36,108 bases of DNA. Source: Pseudomonadota bacterium (GTDB taxonomy: Bacteria; UBA10199; 2-02-FULL-44-16; JAAZCA01). The notes under the pieces are model-generated. The model ran no database searches. It worked only from the letters and a program-made list of their open reading frames with translations, and was not told the DNA's origin. Positions 26,441 to 35,067 of this stretch are shown here, piece by piece (the first letter of the stretch is position 1; the number at the start of each line of letters is the position of its first letter). The DNA lies in NCBI GenBank assembly GCA_043798915.1, contig JAZDOG010000097.1, positions 1 through 36,108 on the forward strand, read 5' to 3'. The position numbers and the translations under genes are program-made.

Positions 26441-29400
26441 ATGAGATACCCCAATCACATGGCACTGTTTGCCGCCGCGGTCCTGCTTGCTTCCTGCAGC
26501 AACGGCGGCTCCGCGATGAAACCGGATTTCTCCGGCGCGCCGGACACTGCCTTCACCATCCACGACGAGAAGGATCTGATCGGCGGACCCATGGCGCAGG
26601 GCCGAACGGGCGACGTGCTGCTCAAGAACGACAGGATACGCGTCGTCATCCAGAAGCCGCGCAAGAACCCGGGCGTCAACTCCTTCGGCGGAAACATAAT
26701 CGACGCCGATCTTGTCCGCCCCGGCGGCGCGCCGGGCCAGGACAACTTCGGCACGCTCTTTCCGCTTGTAAACGTAGAGTGGACGGTCGACTACTACAAC
26801 TTCGAAGTCGTCTCCGATGGCTCCGGAGGCGGCCCCAAGGTGCTGCGCGCCTACGGCAAGATCGATGTCTACGACTATCTCGATCTGAGCTTTATCCAGA
26901 ACGTCTCGGAGGGACTCATCGGCCAGAAGCTCACCTATGCCAATCGCTTCGACGACCGGATGGATCCGTTCGACATCTACGGCGACTTGAAAGGGGTAAG
27001 CCCGGACGTCATCACCGATTACACGCTTGAACCTGGAAAAAATTACGTCCGCATCGACACGAAATTCACCAACTCCGGCGACACGGAGGTGAAGCTGCCG
27101 ATGGGCGAGTTCATCAACGGCTCGGGGCAGGGGTCGATGCTGATCCCGGGCCAGGGCTTCTCGCCCGACCTCATGGCGCAGGCGGGGAGCAACACGCCGG
27201 CGATCATCTACGCGGCGTTCGACGGAGTAGACGCATCGTACGGATACTTCTTCAAGGCTGGCCAGTTCATCGATCCCAAGAAGGGCGATCCATACACGAC
27301 GACCTCGATAACATATTCCGGCGTGACAGGGCTTCTGATGGGCGAGGAGTTTTTGAAGATCGCGCCGCTCGGGATGGGCGGGACGCCTGATATCCATTTC
27401 TCGATCCCGCCGGACAGCGAACGCACGATCACCGGATATTTTGTCGTCGGCAACGGCTCGGCCGGGTCGGTGCTGGATGCGGGGCTTTCGGCTATCGGCG
27501 CGGATGCGCGGCCGGTGAGCGGCGTCGTCAAGAGTTCAGACGGCAAACCGTTTGCAAACGCTATCGTTGCCATCCAGTCGAGGGGACAGACCCTCATCAC
27601 ATATCGCACCGACAGCCAGGGGCGCTTCACAGGGAATCTTCCGACCGGCGGCGATCCCGAGTCGAAGCGCTTCGGCAACGGACGTTACACGGTGGCGGTC
27701 GACGTGCCAGGCTATCAGCTGAACGGCACGTCCGGCGCAGGCAAGTGCGAGCCGGCTGAGATCGACGTCTTCACGCAGAAGTCAGCGACCGTCGAGTGCA
27801 CGCTCGGCGAGACGGGGAGGGTAGAGATCTCCGGGCCGGTCGTCGATGCGGCGACTGGAAAGGCCCTGCCCGCAAGGCTCACGATCATCGGTGAGGATCC
27901 GAGCCCCAACAAGGTCGGCAGCGCCGGCCGGTTCCGCTCCTCGATAGAGTGGGAGCAGCCCTTCGGGATCGCCGACGTGAAATACATCACCGCAAAGGGG
28001 ACGTTCGATCTCACGGGTGAGAAGAGCTTCAATATCGAGCCGGGGACGTATCGCTTCGTCATAAGCCACGGCCAGGAATATTCTTCCGACGAGAAGGTGA
28101 TCGAGGTGACAGCCGGCGGGATGCCTCTGCTGCTGAGCCTTGTGAAACTCTCCCGCGTCTCTCCCACGCCCGGCTACATAAGCGCGGATTTTCACATACA
28201 CTCGATCAGGAGCCCCGACTCGACGCTGCCGCAGGAGATGCGCGTGCTCTCAGCCGCTGCGGAGGGGCTCGATGTCCTGCAGGCCTCCGACCACGACTAC
28301 GTCACCGACTATGCGCCGGTGCTCGCCAGGCTTGTGGCGGATGGGCTTATCCCTGCCGGGAGCATGCAGACCTCCTCCGGCGAAGAGATTACGCCCAACC
28401 ACTACGGTCACCTCCACGTGTTTCCGGTGACTGCGAAGGCCGACGATCCGGACGGCGGCGCCATCGACTGGTCTGCCTCGCCCAGGAACGAGGTCTCGTT
28501 CGCGCCGCACTACGTCCTGACGCTCGACGAGTTGACTGACAAGATGCGCTCGGGTCCGGGCGATGAGGTCGTGCAGATAGATCACATCATGGACTCGCCG
28601 ACCGGGATCATCACCGCCTGCGGGTGGGTGACTTCGTCCTTCTATGCGAAGGACTTCGGCGTGCCGCCCCTCTCGAGCTATGCGGATCCGGTCGAGCGAA
28701 GGATGCCGCCGCGCAGCGACGGCGGGATATCGTTCCCGATTCCTCTGGGCGGCTCAGGGCTCGTGACGACCAACTTCGATTCGGTTGAACTCGTGGTGGG
28801 CCCGCATCTGCACGACAACAGCCTGCTGTTTCGCTCCGCGCTGCCTACGTGGTTCAATCTCTTGAACCTCGGCCTCATCGTCACCGCGACGGCGGATTCG
28901 GACAGCCACATGATCCGCCCGGAGCCGGTCGGCATGCCGCGCAACTACGTCCTTTCATCGGTCGACCCGAACGACGGGAAGGGCGCGAACCACTCCGCGA
29001 TCGATCTCCAGGAATATGCGGCCAACATCCGCGCTCACCGCCTGACGGTGTCGGCGGGCCCGATCGTTCTCGTGCACGCGAAATCCGATAGCGGATCTGC
29101 TGCGGAGATCGGCGGGACGGTCACGGGCAAACACGTGACGTTCACGGTGGACGTGAAGGCCCCGTCGTGGGGCTGGTTCGACACGATCGAGATATATGCG
29201 AACACGGAGCCGATGCCGGTGGACGACAAGACCGACACGCCGATGAAGGGGACGGCCGCAGACCCGGCGGAGTTCTACAAGCCGTATCACGTTCCCAGAT
29301 ACACCTATGAACCCGTGAAGAGCTTCAGGCTCGCCGACGGGACGCTTGAAAGCTGGAAAGAGGAGAAGGGCTCGATCACCGCGACGGTCGCGTTCGACAT

Positions 29401-29671
29401 GGACTTCGATGAGGATACCTGGGTTGTCGCGATGGTGAGAGGGACGCAGAGCACGAAGGGCTACCGATCGCTCTTTCCGCTCGTGACCCGCGCGCTGATC
29501 GACGACAAGGCCAGACCGGAATCGTTCGACCCGGCAAACCTCGCGGCGTTCAATGCTGACAAGAGGGTGGGGGCCCAGGGCTGGGCGCTGGCAAACCCGA
29601 TCTTCGTGGACGTTGACGGAGATGGCTTCAAGGCGAAGTATGTGCGATCGGGAGTCTCGCCGCTGAAGTGA
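26441..29671 (+). CDS. CehA/McbA-like PHP-domain metallohydrolase, lipoprotein
   Basis: Lipobox LLASC; N-terminal beta domain (LIGGPMAQGRTGDVLLKND, GGNIIDAD) and a carboxypeptidase-like domain. PHP motifs ADFHIHS, AEGLD..ASDHD, GEEITP..YGH, QIDH, ADSDSH; C-terminal ANPIFVDVDG. Confidence 0.85.
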   Translation: MRYPNHMALFAAAVLLASCSNGGSAMKPDFSGAPDTAFTIHDEKDLIGGPMAQGRTGDVLLKNDRIRVVIQKPRKNPGVNSFGGNIIDADLVRPGGAPGQDNFGTLFPLVNVEWTVDYYNFEVVSDGSGGGPKVLRAYGKIDVYDYLDLSFIQNVSEGLIGQKLTYANRFDDRMDPFDIYGDLKGVSPDVITDYTLEPGKNYVRIDTKFTNSGDTEVKLPMGEFINGSGQGSMLIPGQGFSPDLMAQAGSNTPAIIYAAFDGVDASYGYFFKAGQFIDPKKGDPYTTTSITYSGVTGLLMGEEFLKIAPLGMGGTPDIHFSIPPDSERTITGYFVVGNGSAGSVLDAGLSAIGADARPVSGVVKSSDGKPFANAIVAIQSRGQTLITYRTDSQGRFTGNLPTGGDPESKRFGNGRYTVAVDVPGYQLNGTSGAGKCEPAEIDVFTQKSATVECTLGETGRVEISGPVVDAATGKALPARLTIIGEDPSPNKVGSAGRFRSSIEWEQPFGIADVKYITAKGTFDLTGEKSFNIEPGTYRFVISHGQEYSSDEKVIEVTAGGMPLLLSLVKLSRVSPTPGYISADFHIHSIRSPDSTLPQEMRVLSAAAEGLDVLQASDHDYVTDYAPVLARLVADGLIPAGSMQTSSGEEITPNHYGHLHVFPVTAKADDPDGGAIDWSASPRNEVSFAPHYVLTLDELTDKMRSGPGDEVVQIDHIMDSPTGIITACGWVTSSFYAKDFGVPPLSSYADPVERRMPPRSDGGISFPIPLGGSGLVTTNFDSVELVVGPHLHDNSLLFRSALPTWFNLLNLGLIVTATADSDSHMIRPEPVGMPRNYVLSSVDPNDGKGANHSAIDLQEYAANIRAHRLTVSAGPIVLVHAKSDSGSAAEIGGTVTGKHVTFTVDVKAPSWGWFDTIEIYANTEPMPVDDKTDTPMKGTAADPAEFYKPYHVPRYTYEPVKSFRLADGTLESWKEEKGSITATVAFDMDFDEDTWVVAMVRGTQSTKGYRSLFPLVTRALIDDKARPESFDPANLAAFNADKRVGAQGWALANPIFVDVDGDGFKAKYVRSGVSPLK

Positions 29672-29762
29672 TATCGCTGTGGGAAGTCATGAAGGTACGA
29701 CTCCGAAGGGGATGACGAAATAAGCCCCAGTCACGAGGCGCAGAGCAGGCGCTGGCGGCTAT

Positions 29763-29892
29763 CTGACGGTTTCGCTCCTCGATGGATTTGTCGAACGCAT
29801 CCATGTCATGGTAGATATCGGCGAGCGCGCGAGCACGGTCTTCATAGAAGTCATAGACAACGGCAATGGGATTGACAGTGAACATCTGCCAA
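29763..29892 (+). pseudogene. possible histidine kinase HATPase_c fragment
   Basis: The frame of ORF 29808 reads VFIEVIDNGNGIDSEHLP (G1 box), but N, F and G2 boxes are absent and there is an in-frame stop at 29721. Confidence 0.4.
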
Positions 29893-30177
29893 CATGCCGG
29901 ATTCATGATCGGAAAGTGCGGTTGCCAGGACCTCGCTTTCGGCACCAGGGAAGACACGCTCGATTAGCCTTTCCGTATCCCGCTGCGGCGTTTTTTTGAA
30001 CTATACAACGACCTGAGTTTCCTTTATAAACGCTTTCATGAAGCCATCGAAACCTTACGGCCGTCCTCGTCGAAATATCAAGGCCAGGCGAGTCCAAATC
30101 CGATGACGAGCCCGTCCAGGAACCGGGGAATTTCACGGATTTTTGACGCGCTTTGAATAACAACCCGTCGAAAAAAC

Positions 30178-30206
30178 ACGCAACTTATTGTCACAGTTGC
30201 CGATAC
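30178..30206 (+). promoter_or_regulatory. sigma28/FliA-like promoter motif ACGCAAC-N14-GCCGATAC
   Basis: Second copy; 40 nt upstream of ATG 30247. Confidence 0.7.
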
Positions 30207-30246
30207 CTCGGATAGACCGATGGGCAGGGGGTAGTAGGAGGCAGCA

Positions 30247-31668
30247 ATGCTTGCGGTCATGGGTATAGTTCCGATTCTTGTCTATGCGGCTTATGCCGCC
30301 GGAGCGGCCGTTTTCGCCGCAATCTTCGGAGCGGCCGCGCCTGCCTGCAACACGGACAACCCCAGCGACGACGGTGCCACCGACGCCGGGAAAAAAGACG
30401 GCCCGGACTTGGCTGGTGTCGACATGGCCTCGTCGACAGACGGACCGGACGGTGGTGTGCTGCCGGATATTAGAGATGGCAGGGTGGACGGCTATGTGCC
30501 GCCCATCGATGCCAGCCGGCCAAACGATTTGGTGCCGCAGGACGCCACAATGCGCAAGGGCGTCAATCTGGCCTTCGCGAGCATCACGTCAAACAAGGGA
30601 GCCTGCAAAATCATCGATATGAAAATATCGGCGGATAGCACGCTTTGGGCCCTGTGCGGAGGCATCAATCAATATGCCAAAATCAAATTGCCTCCCAACC
30701 CCGGCGATGCGCTCAAAGCGGCCAATAACATAGATGCCAGCAATAGCCCGGTGGTGCCAATGAGTCCCCAAGGCACGCCGGTGCAGATCATCTTTCCGCC
30801 CGCGCCGCTTGGATATGCGGCGATAGTCATGTACAATATTACAACTTCCGTAAGCTGGGGATCTATACAATCTGGCGGTATGGCGCTCATCGACCAAAGC
30901 GACAAGGCCGGCGAATTTCCCTTGAGTGTGCCGCTGGGGTCTCCGGCGTTGACGGATGTCAAATCGGCGCTGGCTTTTAATGACACGCAAAGAATGCTTT
31001 GGAAATATTTTGTCCCTGGCACTGCAAGCAATCCGAACGTCAAACCGGCGGGTTACCCCGGCATGATCGCCCAATACAAGGCGATGAACGGCATCCCGCA
31101 GCAAAATCCGCCCGGAATTCCAGTCTTCAGCAAAGGTTGGAGATCCGGAGCCATATCGATGCTGGACAATAATGCGAACACGGCCGCCGTGCTCAACTGT
31201 GAAACCGGAGCGAATGACAAAACCGCGAACATCGACGTGGTCGATTTGCCGAAAACTTATTTGGATACGGCCAACGCGGTGATTGCCAATGTGCCGCTTG
31301 GAACCACGGTGTTCTGCTCGAACACATTGCCGTTGATAAACGGATTTGCAGTCGTGGCGCCGGCGGCGGGCGGGCTCATGTTTGCGGAGGTGAAGGCAAA
31401 TGGGGCGAAGACACAAACCCAGCTGAATGGCGAACATGTAACGAGCGTGGATGTCCAAACGGCGACGGTTTATTCGGCCACAGCCGAGGGGAATCTTCAC
31501 ATATTTGATGCGCCGAATCTGCCGGCAAATCCGACAGAAGATCAATTCAGCCCCGTCGCTGGTCTGGGCCAAAATCCGGGTCCGGTGGTCGCTCATGCTG
31601 TCTCAGGCATAGTGTATATCGCATATGGAAACACAATCACCGCCGTCTATCCGTCCCAGGCGCACTAA
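30247..31668 (+). CDS. hypothetical secreted/lipoprotein, probable beta-propeller
   Basis: AGGAGG RBS; hydrophobic N-terminus ending AAPAC; Asp/Gly-rich linker (DGATDAG..DGPDGG); short beta-strand repeats. Confidence 0.75.
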   Translation: MLAVMGIVPILVYAAYAAGAAVFAAIFGAAAPACNTDNPSDDGATDAGKKDGPDLAGVDMASSTDGPDGGVLPDIRDGRVDGYVPPIDASRPNDLVPQDATMRKGVNLAFASITSNKGACKIIDMKISADSTLWALCGGINQYAKIKLPPNPGDALKAANNIDASNSPVVPMSPQGTPVQIIFPPAPLGYAAIVMYNITTSVSWGSIQSGGMALIDQSDKAGEFPLSVPLGSPALTDVKSALAFNDTQRMLWKYFVPGTASNPNVKPAGYPGMIAQYKAMNGIPQQNPPGIPVFSKGWRSGAISMLDNNANTAAVLNCETGANDKTANIDVVDLPKTYLDTANAVIANVPLGTTVFCSNTLPLINGFAVVAPAAGGLMFAEVKANGAKTQTQLNGEHVTSVDVQTATVYSATAEGNLHIFDAPNLPANPTEDQFSPVAGLGQNPGPVVAHAVSGIVYIAYGNTITAVYPSQAH

Positions 31669-31709
31669 TCAAAAAGCGACGGCGAAGGCAGCGTTGCTGC
31701 GTGGCGCAT

Positions 31710-31847
31710 TGCAATCTGGTGCCTGGCGCCAGACCCGCCATCCCCGACCTTTTTGCAATCGTCTCGATTGGCGCACTTGGCCTGATAGCGATCATGGCAA
31801 CCAGAAGAAGAACGCGGCAGCCGGATAAAAATTATACGCATTGCTAA
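31710..31847 (+). pseudogene. orphan C-terminal sorting-signal-like remnant (MYXO-CTERM-like)
   Basis: Frame from 31710 reads CNLVPGARPAIPDLFAIVSIGALGLIAIMATRRRTRQ..*: Cys, spacer, hydrophobic helix, Arg cluster. Not in frame with the upstream gene. Confidence 0.35.
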
Positions 31848-32028
31848 ATAACTATTATTTTCAATGGGTTACTGAGGACCGCCTCAGCCGCTGCAATTTT
31901 TTCTCCGCGACAGACGGTCGATCTTGACTCAGAGGTGGCTTCCTCATCCCAAGATGACATCAGCTGTTCAGAAATCCGAAATTCGGAACATCCCCTGTTC
32001 CGCTTTCTGAACTTTTTCCAAAGAAACC

Positions 32029-32057
32029 ACGCAACCTTTTTTAAGAGTATCCGATAA
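32029..32057 (+). promoter_or_regulatory. sigma28/FliA-like promoter motif ACGCAAC-N14-TCCGATAA
   Basis: Third copy, upstream of ATG 32151. Confidence 0.65.
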
Positions 32058-32084
32058 ATCAGATGGTTATAAAAGCAGTCCCCT

Positions 32085-32101
32085 TTGGCACGGGAATTGC
32101 T
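32085..32101 (+). promoter_or_regulatory. sigma54 (RpoN) -24/-12 promoter
   Basis: TTGGCACGggaaTTGCT matches TGGCACG-N4-TTGCW; GG 32087-88 and GC 32099-100 are separated by 10 nt; ends 49 nt upstream of ATG 32151. Confidence 0.75.
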
Positions 32102-32150
32102 GGGTAATACTGGTTCGAGCTTTGTTTCGGGGGAGAAAGGAATTTCAGAA

Positions 32151-34379
32151 ATGGCCATCCTTTTTCAAAAATGTGTTGTGAGGGAATCAAAAGGTGCGAA
32201 TCAAGGAACTTCTGCATGGGAAAATGCCAGACTGAGCTGCGCCGATCAGTTGATAAAATCCGCGGAAGAAGACATGCAGAGCGCTGAATATGCGCAATCC
32301 GAGATGCCGTGGTTCGTGCGCTGGTTCACCGGCAGCGCAAAAAAGCAATGGGTCCGGCAACAGGAAGAAGCGAGGGCGCATCTGGCGACGGCACGCCGAT
32401 ACGTTCAATTCAAGGATACGGAGAATGCCATAAGCGAAGTGAGAACGTCGATAAAGCTGTCGGTCAGGGCCGACGAGGCGTTGTTGGCGGAGGAAAATGG
32501 CGTCATCGGCAAGGAGACCACTTCAACGAAGGTTTTGGGAGCGACATCAGTGTTTCTGGCGGTGATTGGCACGGCCGGCGCAGCGTCAACATGGGCGGCT
32601 GGTGCGGCTGCTTTTGTGTGCGGCACTGAAACAACTGGAGGCATTCTTGCAGTTATGGGATTTTCGACCGCTGCTGGCGCTGGCGCCGGCTATACGACTG
32701 GTGCCGGGATGGCTGGATTGCGGTCGATTGTAAACGAGGAATCTTACCATTATCCGTCGGGTGAGAAGCTGCAATATACGTTTGCCGGTGCGACAACCGG
32801 TCTGCTGCAAGGAAGTTTCCCGTTTGCTATAAGGACTGGCATGGAGTGGGCCAGGCCCATCGAACCTGGAGCCGGCGCACAAGGCACGATTCAGGCAATT
32901 GGGAAACACGCAGTTGAGCTTACGCCCGCGGCTGTCACCCAAGGGATAATTTCGTCTGCGTACACAATGGTTTCGGGGGGCGATGGCGGGCAGATTGCTT
33001 CTTCCGCTGCGATCGGCATGGCCATTCCGTTTGCTTATTCAGGGTTATCAGTTGTGATGGGTTTGCCGGCGAACCTGAAAGTGCTGACATGGACAGACCC
33101 CGCCCAGCCCGGACAGATCGGCCGCGTGATATTCTATGACGGAATGACGAGGCCGTATCAGGTGTACAGTTACACCTTGCCTGATCAACCAGCACCAAAC
33201 GCGGTGGCGCCATTGTTGTTGGAGGCGGCACCTCCTGCAGCGACAGCGCTGGTACCACTCCGGTCAATATTGGGAGAATGGGGATATGATCCACTTTTCA
33301 AAGTACAGCCTAGAGGATGGGATATTCCAGCCGACTCTGCCAGAGCTATTGTCATCGCTTCAGCTGCGCGCAAACTGGTTGTTCCCGCTGTTATGCAAAA
33401 AACAATTTCTAATGCTGGATCTCCAAGTCTTGGCTTGCCAGGAGCCTGTGACGGGGATATGCACGGCAATATGAACAAGACCGAAGAATATGGATTAATT
33501 AATTTAGCTGCCATTGGCAATGGTGGTGGTGAGAGCGATCCGACTTTTGTCCAAACAGTCTCGATGAATACGCGGTACCACGCTGGTTTAAAAATATTCA
33601 AAAAACGCTGCACAGATTATGAAGCTATAGCAGGTTTTCTAAGACAGATTTTTGCAACTGACGTCGGTGGAATAAAGACGCGCTTTACTACGAAAAGTGA
33701 AGTGCGGGTCTGTGATATTGGATGCGGCGATGGTACTGTAACGGCAAAATTGGTTGAATATCTTCTCGATGTGGTTGATGGCGAAGTCATAGTGGATGTG
33801 ATAGAACCTGTTGAAGAATACAGATTATTGGCTACAGCGAAGCTTGTAGCGCTTGGTTCGGGAAGGCTAAAGGTCAATTTTGTGTCTATGGGAGCTGAAG
33901 AGTATTTTGCAAACGCGGAAATGATATACGACTTAGTTTTTTCATCACATAGTATCTATTTTTTTCCGCTTGAAACGATTCTGAACATTGCCCCAGCGAT
34001 AAATAGTGGTGGATTTTTTGTGGTCGTTGCAATGTCCAGCCAATCGATAATGGCTGAGCTCAAGGACATGTTCTCTCCAAAGCCGACAATTACAACAGAC
34101 GGAGTTTTGTCATTTATCCGGCAACGCAATACAAGGTTTCAACAATCAGCGACCTACCTTCCGTTTCCTAGCGTTTTAACGTTGAATGGAATCACCTTGC
34201 CAGAAAACAAACAGAATCTAACCGAGGAGGCAAAAAATCTCCTTTCTTTGATGATCCAACGAAACATCGATGAACTGGATGATGCCGACTACAAAAAAGT
34301 CAGGCAAGCAATAATTCGACGTAACTCGGGCGACCGGCTCGCGCTTGACAATGGAGGCCTGTTGTTCAAGCTGGAATGA
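32151..34379 (+). CDS. fusion protein: Gly/Ala-rich hydrophobic N-terminal region plus C-terminal class I SAM-dependent methyltransferase
   Basis: GGAG/AAGGA RBS before ATG 32151. Helical head, then Gly/Ala-rich hydrophobic segments and a Pro-rich linker. MTase motifs VCDIGCGDG, VDVIEP, YDLVFSSHSIYFF, INSGGFFVV. Confidence 0.78.
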   Translation: MAILFQKCVVRESKGANQGTSAWENARLSCADQLIKSAEEDMQSAEYAQSEMPWFVRWFTGSAKKQWVRQQEEARAHLATARRYVQFKDTENAISEVRTSIKLSVRADEALLAEENGVIGKETTSTKVLGATSVFLAVIGTAGAASTWAAGAAAFVCGTETTGGILAVMGFSTAAGAGAGYTTGAGMAGLRSIVNEESYHYPSGEKLQYTFAGATTGLLQGSFPFAIRTGMEWARPIEPGAGAQGTIQAIGKHAVELTPAAVTQGIISSAYTMVSGGDGGQIASSAAIGMAIPFAYSGLSVVMGLPANLKVLTWTDPAQPGQIGRVIFYDGMTRPYQVYSYTLPDQPAPNAVAPLLLEAAPPAATALVPLRSILGEWGYDPLFKVQPRGWDIPADSARAIVIASAARKLVVPAVMQKTISNAGSPSLGLPGACDGDMHGNMNKTEEYGLINLAAIGNGGGESDPTFVQTVSMNTRYHAGLKIFKKRCTDYEAIAGFLRQIFATDVGGIKTRFTTKSEVRVCDIGCGDGTVTAKLVEYLLDVVDGEVIVDVIEPVEEYRLLATAKLVALGSGRLKVNFVSMGAEEYFANAEMIYDLVFSSHSIYFFPLETILNIAPAINSGGFFVVVAMSSQSIMAELKDMFSPKPTITTDGVLSFIRQRNTRFQQSATYLPFPSVLTLNGITLPENKQNLTEEAKNLLSLMIQRNIDELDDADYKKVRQAIIRRNSGDRLALDNGGLLFKLE

Positions 34380-34412
34380 TGATGTAGTTGATATGAAGTT
34401 ACGAGGGTAATT

Positions 34413-34979
34413 ATGAGAGTGACCAAAAGGGATTTGATCATTTTTCTCATCATCTTCAGCATTGGTACCATTCTGGGTACAATCGGAACCGTGTCTTTTC
34501 CAATAGGCACTAATATGAGCTATTTTTGGCCAGCTGCCGTCGTTCAAACCGTGGGCGGCCTCTTTTTCGGTATCTGGGGTGTTTTAGCTGGTACTTTATT
34601 CCCAAGCTTGTCGAATGCACTGACAGATGGCTCGAAGTCGCATGTTATTTGGTTGATACCGGCAAATTTTATACAAAGCTTTATTCCGCTCTGTGTAAAA
34701 AAGGTGATTGGTTTCTCTCCACGATCACTCGATATGAAGTCTATTTTCGGGTTTATTGTCGGTTGTGCGATTTTACCTCATGTGTTTGGTGGTTTCGTAG
34801 GTTGTGGTGCTCTCTTCCTGTTAGGTGATATTCCAAATCAGGCTGAATTTTGGCGAACATTACGAGTGTGGCTCATAGGCAATATCCCATGCTCAATTGT
34901 ATTTGGATTGTTGTTGGTGAAAACAGTGGCTCCAATTCTCGAAGATTGTAATCTTTTGTATAAGAGTTTTTTAAAATGA
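34413..34979 (+). CDS. stand-alone MASE1-like integral membrane protein
   Basis: GAGG RBS; about 6 TM helices; YFWPAAVV..GGLFFGIWG near the N-terminus and VWLIGN near the C-terminus resemble MASE1 signatures. Confidence 0.6.
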   Translation: MRVTKRDLIIFLIIFSIGTILGTIGTVSFPIGTNMSYFWPAAVVQTVGGLFFGIWGVLAGTLFPSLSNALTDGSKSHVIWLIPANFIQSFIPLCVKKVIGFSPRSLDMKSIFGFIVGCAILPHVFGGFVGCGALFLLGDIPNQAEFWRTLRVWLIGNIPCSIVFGLLLVKTVAPILEDCNLLYKSFLK

Positions 34980-35067
34980 AATGCCTACTAGACGACACGC
35001 TTACAAGATTGTTTGAGATTTAACGGATTTAATTGCTTTTGAAACCGCCGCTTTTTTAATATTAATT

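Noticed and set aside
34976..35067. Possible frameshifted single MASE1-kinase gene (ATGA overlap at 34976)
   Set aside because: Frames from ATG 34976 and 34981 stop within 16 codons, and the kinase has its own ATG and TM1 at 35068. Two genes is the simpler reading, though an ancestral fusion is not excluded.
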